This document shows, piece by piece, positions 40,817-50,711 of a stretch of DNA of 64,000 bases. The position numbers and the translations under genes were made by a program. The notes under the pieces were generated by a model. The model was not told where the DNA came from. It ran no database searches and saw only the letters and a program-made list of their open reading frames with translations. The stretch's first letter is position 1. Each line of letters begins with the position of its first letter. Location of the stretch: positions 96,001 through 160,000 of the forward strand of contig JBBRSP010000010.1 in the NCBI GenBank assembly GCA_038245295.1. The letters run 5' to 3'. This stretch comes from Candidatus Binatia bacterium (GTDB taxonomy: Bacteria > Desulfobacterota > Binatia > HRBIN30).

Positions 40817-41337
40817 TAGGAAATCCTCGGATGATGGAGGCCAACGTAGGCTTCGCCGTCGAAGTCGGGGTTCTTTTCCTCGGAGACAAGAATGCGGCCT
40901 ACGTCGGCTTCGGCGCCGCCCCACAGGCACCGGCCCAGCGGCAAGCGTGCGCCATCCTTCGTCGCGCTGAACCGCCAGAAATACTCTTCGTCCGCAAGGT
41001 CCATGCCGATACGGGTGCGGCCCGATGCGAGCCAGAGGATGAGCGCGGCCTGCCCCTCGTAGTGCTCTTGGAAGCTTAACACCGCCGACTTCACGTCGTT
41101 CTCGAGCCATGAGACGGCGTCCTGCTCCGACAGTGAGTCGAGGCAGCCGTCGAGCCCGGCGACGACGAGGGCGTCGCCCTCGGAGCCAGGGAGGTCGTCG
41201 GGCCACGCCTTCCTCAACGCGAAGAAGTCGCGGATCGACACCACGGCAGTCGGTGCGATGACGGTGGTCAGAACACGCGGCTCCCACAGCAGCGAGAAGC
41301 CGCGACGCTTCCAGCGATCGCCCTGGACAGTGATCAT
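40816..41337 (-). CDS. Conserved hypothetical protein (possible degenerate P-loop-like alpha/beta domain)
   Basis: Coupled on both sides within the operon; LVVAGLDGCLD strand-helix motif. Confidence 0.7.
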   Translation of the reverse strand: MITVQGDRWKRRGFSLLWEPRVLTTVIAPTAVVSIRDFFALRKAWPDDLPGSEGDALVVAGLDGCLDSLSEQDAVSWLENDVKSAVLSFQEHYEGQAALILWLASGRTRIGMDLADEEYFWRFSATKDGARLPLGRCLWGGAEADVGRILVSEEKNPDFDGEAYVGLHHPRIS

Positions 41338-44300
41338 GCCGCCCCCTGGTCTTCAAAGAAGGAGAGCGCCATCTGCTGCTGTTTGGGCTCCTGCTTCGCG
41401 ATGTAGGAGCGAAGAATTGTCTGGGCGCGCGACGCGGCATTGCGAACCTCCGACGTCGAGCCGCGCGTGGAGAACCATTCCAAGAGCGAACTGAGAGCGG
41501 GGTGACGCTTGAAGTTGCCGTTGGTGAGCGTCTCATTGGCGCTAATGCCGCTGTTCTCGAAGCACGCACCGATGAGGAACGCGGCCTGGTCGTAGTCGCT
41601 CGTCATGCCGCTCCGATGCTTGCGCTGCCACGTGCGCGCGACGTCGAGCGGCGACGTGACGAAGTAGGTCTTCTTTTCCTCGGAGCACCAGCCACGCACC
41701 TCAAAGTCAGACGGCGCGATGCCGGTGCCGCGCAGAAATTTCTGGATCTGGTCGCGCGGGATCTCCTTCACGCCGTCAAAGAGCCGAAGGAACTGTCGCG
41801 TGAACGGCTCTGCGTTGACCGGCGGCGGGTCCTTGATGCCTCCCGTTTCTTCATCGAGGAGCTGATTGATGCCGACGAGCGCTTCGAGCACCGTCATCGA
41901 GCGCCCCTCATTCACGAGCACCTTGCCGTAGTGCCGCGAGTAGTACTCGAGGGCCTTGCCGCGACGGATGACCTGAAGGTCGGCTTCGGGTAGACCGGCC
42001 TTCTGGTGGTGCTCAAGCATGCTCTTCAGGGCGCGCACGTCCTGCAGCACCTGGCGGCGCATCTTCGCCCAGCTCACCGGGGTCGGCTCCTCGAAGCGCT
42101 TCCGGCAAACATGGATGATGTCGTACTCGATCTGCTTCGAGCCAAACTCGCCTTCGCCCTTCGATTCGTCGCTGCGAATCGGGTACGTCGCTTCGAGATA
42201 GAATCCGGCGTCGAAGAGGCTCTCGAGAACGGCCACCCACGGCGCGTCTTCGCTATGATGGAACGTGAATGCGAGGATGCCGGACGGGCGAAGAAGCCGG
42301 GACGCTTCCCGCCAGCTCTCGGTCAGTACGCGCTTGTAGTGCTCGTCCGCGTCGTCAGGGTGCTGTGCCGGGTTCGAGATGGCTTCGAGCGTCTTCGGTG
42401 TGTACTCGCTGGAGAAAAACTCGGAGTACTTCGAGCGGAGAACCTTCCGAAGCCAGACGTAGAAGAAGTCAGCGAGCTCGGCGTAGAAGAGCAAGCCGCC
42501 GAAGGGAGGATCGGTGATGACAAGGTCAAAGCTACCGGTCTCCCATGAGTCGATATCGCTGGCAGAGCCACACTTCAGAGTCGAAAGCGTCGAGGGCGGA
42601 TCTCCAATGTATCCCTTCTCGCTCTTGCCCGTGAGGTCGGCAGCGATGGCGGGCGACTGCTGGGCGAGCCACTCGTTGCTGAGCACGTCCCAGGGGCGCT
42701 CGCGCCAATCGAGCGTCTCAGTGAGCGCCTCAGTACACGACAGCCAGTTGCCACGTCCCATCGCTCCGAACACGCTGTTCTCAACCACCACGTGTTTCGG
42801 GTGGTAGTTGTTGTTGCTCATGTGCGGTTCAAGCTTGTCCGCCTGGATGTTCCAAAAGGCAAACATGTTCTGGTTTCGCAGGTACTGCTGGAACGAACCG
42901 AGAACGAGTTCACGGGTTTCCCAACAGTGCTTCTCTCCCCCAACGCTCGTGATCGCTTTCAGCAGCAGCGCGTGAACCAGAAGCTGCCGCGCGTTGAACA
43001 TGTCGGCCCAGCGGAGGTAGCCGTGTTGCGGCAGCGGCTGCCGCTGATGGGTCATGTGACCGAAAGGGATTTCACTCTCGGGCCAGAAACCCTTGAGGTC
43101 TGCTTCACGGCGAGCCTCCCATTCGCGACAGGCTGCCTCGAACGGCGCGGGATCAATGGACGCATTGAAGAAACGACCGCTGTATGCAGCCCCTGTCTTC
43201 TTGAGGCCGGCACTGAAGCACTGCATGACGAGCGGCGCGACCGGGGCCGATTTCCCGGATGCGTTGGTCGCGACAACAATGCGCTGAACCGCGCCGCAAG
43301 CGCCGCATGCGAAGTGCCCGTCCTTCGGGACCGTCCCGCCCTTACTGGGTTGAACCGCGACTCCATCGACGGTGACACTGTCGGGGAGCGTCCCTCGCAG
43401 CTCGACGACAACTGCATCCTTCGAGCGGGCGTCCAACCAACGGCAGGTGTCTGCAGCGCTGTCAGTGACGCTTCCACCCAAGAGACCGGCGGGACTAGTG
43501 CCCGCAATTCCGGCCAGCCAGCGGGGGTGAGCCATCAGCGAAAGGCGAACCTTCTTCTTCACCGCCTTCCCGAGGTTCGGGAACGACTCCTTCGCTCCGC
43601 ACGACGGGCACGTGACGCTGCTGGTCCTCACATCGAGCGCGCAGAACGGCTTTTCATCGTCGGCGACAACGAGCTTGGCGTCAGGCGCCATGCGGGCTTC
43701 GGAGTCCTCAATGTCGTAGGACGTCTTGCACGCCTTGCACGTGTGCTCCCATGCCTTCACGGTGAGTTCTTTCAGAGCGATGACCGGCGAGGTCATTGCG
43801 GGTGTGCGATGCCCGCAACCAGTCATTGCGCAAGGAATGTGCTTGCCCCAGAAGACGTAGATGAGCTCGGGACCCTCGTATCTGTACGTCTTCCGCTCCT
43901 CTGGCTTGAGCGCTAGCGGGTCGAAGTCGGCGCCCATGGCCTTGTTGTCCGCGATGCGCGTCCACGTCCCGCGCTCTCCGTGCGGACCGTTACACGCGTA
44001 GAACGGCATGAGCTGCGGCTTTAGCTCGGCCTCGATGTCGGCGAGCAGCGCTTCGACCTTGGCCTTCTTCACGTCGGCCAGTTCGGTCTTCACGACGAAC
44101 CACGCCACCGGGTTCAAGTCGTTGCCGAACATCTGCATGCCGAGGCGACTGCCCTCGACGACGGTGGTGCCGCCGCCCATGAAGATGTCGGCGACCTTGA
44201 CGTTGGCGAACGAGCGCTTCTTCTGGTGGTTCGCGTAGTAGACGTCCCACACGGCCTTCGCGGCCTGCGACGTGTCCTCGGGCGCCTTCATCGACGCCGA

Positions 44301-44564
44301 GAGCAGCAGCGAGCGGAACACGCTCGATCTGCGTCGCGCCCACCACTTCGACATTTGGTAGATGGGCTTGCCCGCGTTGCCCTCGATGGTGGCGACCTGG
44401 TTCACGGGGAGGATCGGGAAGTCGACCTCGAGGCAGGTCTTCGGTCGGTTCGGGTCGCTGAAGTCGACCGTCTCGACCTGCACGGCCTTGCCCGCACCAA
44501 CGGCGTCGGCGACCGCCTTCGCCACGCGGGCAGCCTTCGTTCCACTCGTTGCTGCTTTGGCCAT
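41334..44564 (-). CDS. DUF1156-domain adenine DNA methyltransferase with Zn-finger inserts
   Basis: KWWARRRSSVFR, DIFMGGGTT, NDLNPVA, ITDPPF, AFTFHH; several CxxC pairs. Confidence 0.9.
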   Translation of the reverse strand: MAKAATSGTKAARVAKAVADAVGAGKAVQVETVDFSDPNRPKTCLEVDFPILPVNQVATIEGNAGKPIYQMSKWWARRRSSVFRSLLLSASMKAPEDTSQAAKAVWDVYYANHQKKRSFANVKVADIFMGGGTTVVEGSRLGMQMFGNDLNPVAWFVVKTELADVKKAKVEALLADIEAELKPQLMPFYACNGPHGERGTWTRIADNKAMGADFDPLALKPEERKTYRYEGPELIYVFWGKHIPCAMTGCGHRTPAMTSPVIALKELTVKAWEHTCKACKTSYDIEDSEARMAPDAKLVVADDEKPFCALDVRTSSVTCPSCGAKESFPNLGKAVKKKVRLSLMAHPRWLAGIAGTSPAGLLGGSVTDSAADTCRWLDARSKDAVVVELRGTLPDSVTVDGVAVQPSKGGTVPKDGHFACGACGAVQRIVVATNASGKSAPVAPLVMQCFSAGLKKTGAAYSGRFFNASIDPAPFEAACREWEARREADLKGFWPESEIPFGHMTHQRQPLPQHGYLRWADMFNARQLLVHALLLKAITSVGGEKHCWETRELVLGSFQQYLRNQNMFAFWNIQADKLEPHMSNNNYHPKHVVVENSVFGAMGRGNWLSCTEALTETLDWRERPWDVLSNEWLAQQSPAIAADLTGKSEKGYIGDPPSTLSTLKCGSASDIDSWETGSFDLVITDPPFGGLLFYAELADFFYVWLRKVLRSKYSEFFSSEYTPKTLEAISNPAQHPDDADEHYKRVLTESWREASRLLRPSGILAFTFHHSEDAPWVAVLESLFDAGFYLEATYPIRSDESKGEGEFGSKQIEYDIIHVCRKRFEEPTPVSWAKMRRQVLQDVRALKSMLEHHQKAGLPEADLQVIRRGKALEYYSRHYGKVLVNEGRSMTVLEALVGINQLLDEETGGIKDPPPVNAEPFTRQFLRLFDGVKEIPRDQIQKFLRGTGIAPSDFEVRGWCSEEKKTYFVTSPLDVARTWQRKHRSGMTSDYDQAAFLIGACFENSGISANETLTNGNFKRHPALSSLLEWFSTRGSTSEVRNAASRAQTILRSYIAKQEPKQQQMALSFFEDQGAA

Positions 44565-44566
44565 GT

Positions 44567-45586
44567 CTATGCTCCACCCGTCCGCGAAAGCTCGATGAAC
44601 GGCACCGCTACTTCGAGGAGCGAGAGGCCACCGTGCGTGAGAGTTGGATAGCCGCCCTGGCTCTTCCACTTGCGACGGCCCAGCGCGAACGTCGCGTCGG
44701 CGTGGGCGGTCTTCAGCGGCAGATCGAGCGGCGGCACCCACGCGCCAGGGGCGGGCTGCTCGAGGTCGGCGACCTTCGCCCAGCGGCCACTGGCAAAGCG
44801 GTCCTTCAGGTACGAGGACTGCGCGGGGTCGATGGTGTCGGGGAAGTGTCCACTCGCCGCGTAGCCGTGGTCGGCGGTGATGACGAGGCGCCGTCCCGTT
44901 GTAAGCGTGTGGACCAGGGTCCAGAAGGCGTCGCTCGAGAGCTGCTCCGCGGCTTCCTTCGCCAGCGCCGCGAGGCCATGCCCCGGCGAGCGCAGCTCGT
45001 GGACGCGCTCATCGAGCCAGTCGTGCCAGAGCAGCCAATCGTGGGTGGCGTTGATCTGCGCCGCGCAGTCTTGCCACGGGAGGTTGGTCGAGTCGGTCGT
45101 CGCCCCGGTGAGGCGGCCCTTGCCGGCGCCGAGGTTGTTCTGGAGCGAGCTCCTGCGTGTGAAGCCGAGCGCCTCGGCAAACGGCGTCGTGTCGGCGGGT
45201 AGCTCGGCGCCCGTCGCGCGGGCCTGGTGGACCGTGTAGCCACGCTCCTTCACGCCCTTGAGCAGCCAGGGCACTTCGCGCAGCGAGAGCGCGTCGAGGA
45301 TGAGGACCGCGCGACCAGCACCACGCTCGGCCCACCACGACGCGAGCACGTCGGCGGTGCGCGGGACCACCGTCTCGTACGACTTCCAGAGGTCCCAGCC
45401 CGCCGTCGCGAGGAAAAGATCGGCCGCCCCGAGCTCGGCGTCACGCTTGGTTACCTCCGATGGGGCCTTGTCCTGTGCGAGCGGTGCCGAGCACGTGTTC
45501 CACGCGTGCTCGAACAGGCTCGCCCAGGCGGTGTCGGACGAGGCGGACTGAAGCTGCCGCAGCAACGTGAGCGGCAGCGGCATCAC
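44567..45586 (-). CDS. Short PglZ-like (alkaline-phosphatase-fold) protein
   Basis: LILDALS, LPADTT, ITADHGY, HGGLSLLEVAVP motifs. Confidence 0.8.
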   Translation of the reverse strand: MMPLPLTLLRQLQSASSDTAWASLFEHAWNTCSAPLAQDKAPSEVTKRDAELGAADLFLATAGWDLWKSYETVVPRTADVLASWWAERGAGRAVLILDALSLREVPWLLKGVKERGYTVHQARATGAELPADTTPFAEALGFTRRSSLQNNLGAGKGRLTGATTDSTNLPWQDCAAQINATHDWLLWHDWLDERVHELRSPGHGLAALAKEAAEQLSSDAFWTLVHTLTTGRRLVITADHGYAASGHFPDTIDPAQSSYLKDRFASGRWAKVADLEQPAPGAWVPPLDLPLKTAHADATFALGRRKWKSQGGYPTLTHGGLSLLEVAVPFIELSRTGGA

Positions 45587-48321
45587 TTCTCCTCCTTGTT
45601 CAGCGTCAGCTCATAGGTGATGCCGTCGGGCAGCTTCTTGAGCAGCTCGTTGAGCTGCGCGCCCGTGAGGTTCGCGACCTTGAGCTGGACGTCCTGAACC
45701 TGCGTGCCCGTCGTGATGCCCCAGCTCTCGACCTTACCGAGCAGATTGAGCGCGGAGGTGGCGCCCGCCGTGCTCAACTGTTTCAGCGTCGTGGTCGGGC
45801 CGTTGCCGAAGATGCTGCCGCCAGGCGCCGTCGAGATCGGGGGCTGCGCGCTGTCACCTCCAGCTTCACCGCCCGTGATGGGGGGCTGAGGGTTCAGGGG
45901 GAGCTGACCGGTGCCACCATTGATCGGCGGGACCACAGGTGGCTGCGGCGGCACCACACCCTCCGCGTGCGGCACGGCTTGTGGGAGGAGCACGTAGGTC
46001 TCGTCGAGGTGCTTGCCCGTTCCGAGCTTGCTACACATGCGCTTCCACGCGGTCTCCTCATTCTCGCCCGCGCGCACTTGCAGGTACTCCATACCACGCA
46101 GGTTGATGGCGATCTCGCCGCGGGCGCACGTCCTAAGGAGCTTCTCCTTCATCGCGATCTCGCCGAGCCAGGGGATGCAGTCCTCGCCACCCGGGCGCGG
46201 TTCCTGCAACTCGCGCAACAGCTTGCCGACCGACTCGTTCTGTTGGGCAGCCGCGAGGACGAGCGCGTCGAAGTCCTCCGAGACGAACAGGTTCTTCGCG
46301 ACGAGCTCGTCGACCTTCTCGGGGACCTTCGCGCCTTCTTCCTTGTGACCCTCGACGTGGAAGGTGCATTGCGACGGGGTCTGGAAGTTCCAGGTCGCGA
46401 GGATGGCGAAGCGATCGAAGCGGCGCTTGAGGATGTCGCGCAGCTCGCGCTCGTACTTTTGGTGGAGCTTCTTGAACTCGGGGTTCTGTGCCTTCCACTT
46501 GTCGGCGAGTAGCACCGCGCGCGCGAGCACGAGGAGGTCGCGGTCGTAGAATAGGTTCTCGCCGCCGTCGCGCGGCAGCAGGAAGCGCACCGCGTTGCGA
46601 CGCGTCTGCAACCGCTCCTTGAGCCAGGTGCCGAGGCGCGCTTCGACCTTGTCCGGCGGCTCGGGCAATACGAGCAACGGGATGCGTTCGTCCCACTGCG
46701 GGGGAAGGTCGGCCTCGTCGACGCCTGCCCACGGATCGGCCATCCAATTCGCGCCGAGCACCACGACACGGAATGCCTTGGCGACGCTCTCGGCGCCACC
46801 GAGGACGTAGCGCACCTCGCGCGCGAGCTGCAGACGGTCGTTGAGCTTGTCCGGCGTGTCCCCGAACAGCTTGTCGTTACGCGCGTTGGCGATGAGCTTC
46901 GCCTGCGGATTTTCCTCCTCGCGGAAGACGAGGCGCGAGCCCTCCTGGTGGATGTTGAAACTGTTCTCGACGATGGTCGACAGCTCGGCCGAGAAGAAGT
47001 TGTCGTCGACCGCCTTGGCCCGCGTTATGTCGACGTGCAGCTCGGCGGGATCGGCGCCAGCGTTCTTGATCGCCAGCGAGCGGAGCCAGAGCGCGCCCAC
47101 GATGTCCGCAAGGTGTGGAACGGTCTGCGCCGGGTCCTTCACCGCGTCGAGCACAGCGCTCAAGTTACGTTGCGCCTTCTCACGCAGGTTCGCGTGGTGC
47201 TGGTTTGACACGGAGTCGAGCAGCGCAACGATGCCGCTCTTGTCGTCGTCGAGGCGGAAGTCGGCTGCCGTGATGATCGGCGAGCTGGCGTTCCGTGACT
47301 TGAAGACGTCGGCGAGGATGCGGATCAGGTCACGGGTCTCCTGCGCCTGCGTCGCGACGAGCACTTGGTCCTCGAGCAACGTCATCAGATGCGGCGCGAA
47401 CGGCCAAGCCTCGACGAAGTCGGAGCGGACGCGTTGGTGCTCGGCGGGCGCGACGTCGGCGAGGCGCAGGTGCTCCGAGACGTGCCTCTCGATGACCGCC
47501 TCGATCTGCGCTGGCTGCACGTTCATCCGGTTATCGAACAGGCGGTGCAGGAGGAGGCGAAGGCGGTCGCGGCGCGCGTTCGGCCCCTTGAAATCGATTT
47601 GGCGTGGGTTCACGCGGTGAATCTGTTGGTACGCCTCGGTCTCGCCGTTGCGGACCGAGACGACGAGTACGAGCAACTCAGGGTGCTCCTTGGCGATCTC
47701 CGAGAGGAGCTGGATGAAGTTGAAAGCCCACGACTTCCACGGGTACTGCTTCGTGTTCGTCAGGCCGTCGTACCAGGTCTGGAACTCGTCGAGGACGAGC
47801 GCGGTCGGCGTGTGAGTGAACAGCTCCACGAGAAGCTTGTCGCCGGGGATGTCGGTCCGCTTGTCGCCCTGCGCCTCCCACTTGCCCTTGATGTACGCGC
47901 CGTGCGGGTGGCGCTCGAGGATAAGGTCCCACAGGAACTTGTAGTTCTGGCGGTGGAGGCTCTCGCTGATGACGAGTGTCTTCGGCCGCAGCCTGATCCC
48001 GTCCAGCGTCGGCTGACCCAGACGAATGCCCCACGCCTTCAGCCAATCCAAAGTGACCTCTGGGCTGTCGAAGCCGTGGTACAGGGCGGCGAGCAAATGC
48101 GACTTACCCTGGCCGCGCTCGCCGATGAGTACGACAGGCTGGCCGTGTCCCGGGCCGATCGCCTCCATCGCTGAGATCACGTCGGCCGTTGGGTACGTAA
48201 TACCGAGAAACTCGGAAGCGCCAATCTGCGTCGCCCCTGTATTGTTCTCATTCGCCAGCTCGATCGCCGTCCCCTTGAGACGACGGCCGTGGAATTCCTC
48301 GCGCAGTGTCAGTCCCAGCAT
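45583..48321 (-). CDS. DUF499-family ATPase (BrxC-related)
   Basis: FLGITYPT, GERGQGKSH, LVLDEF, WPFAP, ETRDLIRIL. Confidence 0.85.
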   Translation of the reverse strand: MLGLTLREEFHGRRLKGTAIELANENNTGATQIGASEFLGITYPTADVISAMEAIGPGHGQPVVLIGERGQGKSHLLAALYHGFDSPEVTLDWLKAWGIRLGQPTLDGIRLRPKTLVISESLHRQNYKFLWDLILERHPHGAYIKGKWEAQGDKRTDIPGDKLLVELFTHTPTALVLDEFQTWYDGLTNTKQYPWKSWAFNFIQLLSEIAKEHPELLVLVVSVRNGETEAYQQIHRVNPRQIDFKGPNARRDRLRLLLHRLFDNRMNVQPAQIEAVIERHVSEHLRLADVAPAEHQRVRSDFVEAWPFAPHLMTLLEDQVLVATQAQETRDLIRILADVFKSRNASSPIITAADFRLDDDKSGIVALLDSVSNQHHANLREKAQRNLSAVLDAVKDPAQTVPHLADIVGALWLRSLAIKNAGADPAELHVDITRAKAVDDNFFSAELSTIVENSFNIHQEGSRLVFREEENPQAKLIANARNDKLFGDTPDKLNDRLQLAREVRYVLGGAESVAKAFRVVVLGANWMADPWAGVDEADLPPQWDERIPLLVLPEPPDKVEARLGTWLKERLQTRRNAVRFLLPRDGGENLFYDRDLLVLARAVLLADKWKAQNPEFKKLHQKYERELRDILKRRFDRFAILATWNFQTPSQCTFHVEGHKEEGAKVPEKVDELVAKNLFVSEDFDALVLAAAQQNESVGKLLRELQEPRPGGEDCIPWLGEIAMKEKLLRTCARGEIAINLRGMEYLQVRAGENEETAWKRMCSKLGTGKHLDETYVLLPQAVPHAEGVVPPQPPVVPPINGGTGQLPLNPQPPITGGEAGGDSAQPPISTAPGGSIFGNGPTTTLKQLSTAGATSALNLLGKVESWGITTGTQVQDVQLKVANLTGAQLNELLKKLPDGITYELTLNKEEK

Positions 48322-48725
48322 GATTCCGCTCCGTTATGCAGGTGTCTCGCCCTCGGTCCGACTCTATTCCGCAGGCCTGCTCGGAAATCCAATCAATCCA
48401 AGTCAATTCGAAGGCAGCCCAGGAAATGGCCAAGCTTGAGACCCGATCTTCGCTTGTTGAAAGTAGTCCTCGAGCTGTCGTTGATTCACCTCGAGGTACT
48501 CTGCAATCTCAAAGCGCCTTGATTGCACTAGGATGTTGCGGATCCCTCCAGGGCACTTACCGCCGGGACGATACGGGATCTGTATCTCGAGAACAACGTC
48601 GTGGGTGAAGTTTTCAGGCGATCGAGGGCAAGGAATTGGGGACGTGGAGGTTATTCGGACGATTCACAATCGTCCGAATAACCTCTACATCCCTTTTCCA
48701 GGCTCCTTAAGAAGCTGCGGCCTAG

Positions 48726-49382
48726 CTAGAGGTCTTTGAGCTGGTCGACGCTTTGCTTCTCAGCAGAGCGATTCAGTTCATCCCACCGTGTCGGATGAAG
48801 AACTCGCAACTTCGCCTTGTCGACTGTATCAGCAGGAGAATTGAAAGAAATGACCGCGCCCTTGAGCTTCCAAATCGCGCCGACGCTGGGGAAAATACCG
48901 CCGAGCTTGTTACGCACCGTTCCACGTTTGATGGATGCTGGACGCCCATACTTCGCACTTAGGAGGCTGATGACCTGCTCAGCCGCACCCGAGTCAATCT
49001 CCTCCGTGGAAATCTCCATGATCTTGCCGTCGGAAGCTGGCGCGATGATGCGCCAAGAGTACCCGAGAATTGAGTTGAGCGAATCTGCAAATCTTAGTTC
49101 ACAACTTGATCGCTCTTGCGTGCACCTAACCAAACGCATTCTGTTGAAATCACGGTCGTATTCCGTGGCGACTGCGCACGGGGCCTGCTGGGGGGCCTTG
49201 TCCCCCCGCGGCGGACCGCCGTCGGGCCAAAGTTGATCTGCTGCCCAACTACAGACCGAGAGAGTATGAAGCTCCCACCCAATGGATACTTGACGGAACT
49301 TAAAGGGCTCCGCATGTGCGACACTTGCGGTAGCCAAAAGAACTAGAAGCAACCCTTCGACTAACCTGCGGGGGATGTACAT
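48726..49382 (-). CDS. Hypothetical exported protein
   Basis: Signal peptide ending AHA; no recognised family. Confidence 0.6.
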   Translation of the reverse strand: MYIPRRLVEGLLLVLLATASVAHAEPFKFRQVSIGWELHTLSVCSWAADQLWPDGGPPRGDKAPQQAPCAVATEYDRDFNRMRLVRCTQERSSCELRFADSLNSILGYSWRIIAPASDGKIMEISTEEIDSGAAEQVISLLSAKYGRPASIKRGTVRNKLGGIFPSVGAIWKLKGAVISFNSPADTVDKAKLRVLHPTRWDELNRSAEKQSVDQLKDL

Positions 49383-49992
49383 GGTTCGACGTCTTCACCT
49401 ATTGGTCGTTGATCGTCGTTTGTGCGGGCTTCCAGGAATTGGACGTGCGGTAGAGGTTGGGGGGAGGAATCGAGCCTCCCCGCGTCGCTCACTGGGAAAT
49501 GATCGCCATTTTGTAGGTTCTGCGCTGACCCTCGTATGGAGCGGATTGAACACCATGCCCCCCCACAGCAACGCTCCACACCATACGTCTACGAACCGGG
49601 ACGTGTCAATGAAAGTGAGACAGTCGACATCGGAATTTAGTCAGTGCGCGTGGCTGCGAGATCGGCATCCTGACCTCGCAGAAGCTGTTTTTGGGGGTAC
49701 CGTACCCTCACCCGAGTCGAGATCGTCGTTCCGAGAGTGGATCGGAAAAGGGGATGAGCCCCATTGTTGTGTGTTGGCACAACTCGGTCCAACACGAGGG
49801 AACCGAGGGGCGCAGGTCACCGCGGCGAAGGCCGCCGATGCGGCGTCACTCAAAGCAATCGCCCCGCGAAATGGGGGTCGTCATCCCCTTTACTGCACTT
49901 TCCGAGCCTGAAGTGTTCGAGCGGGTCAGGATGGCTGGACTTGTTCATTTGTCTGGCGCCAGCGATTGCGACCTTCCGGGAATGTTCGGGGT

Positions 49993-50229
49993 TCAGGATC
50001 CGGTTGCGGCAAGCTCGCGGACGTGAGCGACATCCCGGGGCTGGATCGAACGAACTTGCGCCGGCCGCAGCGTTACGACAGCCACCGTTTCTCCTGCGAG
50101 TGTCATGATTTCGACTTCGTAGGCGGCACCGCCCTTGTGGACATGCACCACGGTGCCGATATCGCCGGCTTCAAGACTCGCGCCGGAGACTTTCTCTGTG
50201 AGAACCACAATGTCGTGCTCGTTGATCAT
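49993..50229 (-). CDS. DUF4926 domain protein
   Basis: EHDIVVL...GDIGTVVHV....AYEVE. Confidence 0.85.
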   Translation of the reverse strand: MINEHDIVVLTEKVSGASLEAGDIGTVVHVHKGGAAYEVEIMTLAGETVAVVTLRPAQVRSIQPRDVAHVRELAATGS

Positions 50230-50360
50230 CGTCTTTCTCCTAGAGGATACGCCGTGATCAGCCGCGGGGCAACTTCGCCGCTATCGAGTTGCCACACGGA
50301 CCGCACCAGAGGGCCTCGGCCGTCAGGAGTCGCCAATGGGCCATCCACCTCATAGCGAGA
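50226..50360 (-). pseudogene. 3' fragment of a DUF6883-like gene
   Basis: Translates YEVDGPLATPDGRGPLVRSVWQLDSGEVAPRLITAYP with an ATGA overlap to DUF4926; 5' part missing. Confidence 0.7.
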
Positions 50361-50711
50361 GGAATTGGACAGGACACCCACCCTTGAACGGCGTCGCTTG
50401 GCCGCGGAAGCTCAGCAGAAGGCAGGTTCCGTTGATTCATTAAGCTGTTAGCCAACCTGCGTTGGGAAACCTTTGCCTTCGACGCAGGATGGGGTCCGCC
50501 GTGGTCCCACCGGAGTGGAAGGCCGAGAATGCTGAGCTCGTCGGGCGTTGGGCGTTGGGGACAGGCGTGAAAACGGCTGGTAAGATTCAGCCTTCTCCCG
50601 GCGGGGCCGGCTGTCTCGGTTGCAGAGCTATAGAGGACCGAGCGCCGCATTCTTACAGCGCTAAGTCGCAAAGTTTTTGCAGGCGCTGTGCTCGCCGTGT
50701 CGGGTGTGCTG

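Noticed and set aside
40817..41569. 595-aa version of the HNH ORF
   Set aside because: The extension is an Arg-rich shadow frame over two real genes; the coupled start is at 40816.
11830..50460. Integron cassette array (scattered xxxTAAC/GTTAGC motifs at gene ends)
   Set aside because: I could not pair R''/R' boxes into convincing attC hairpins, and there is no intI gene.
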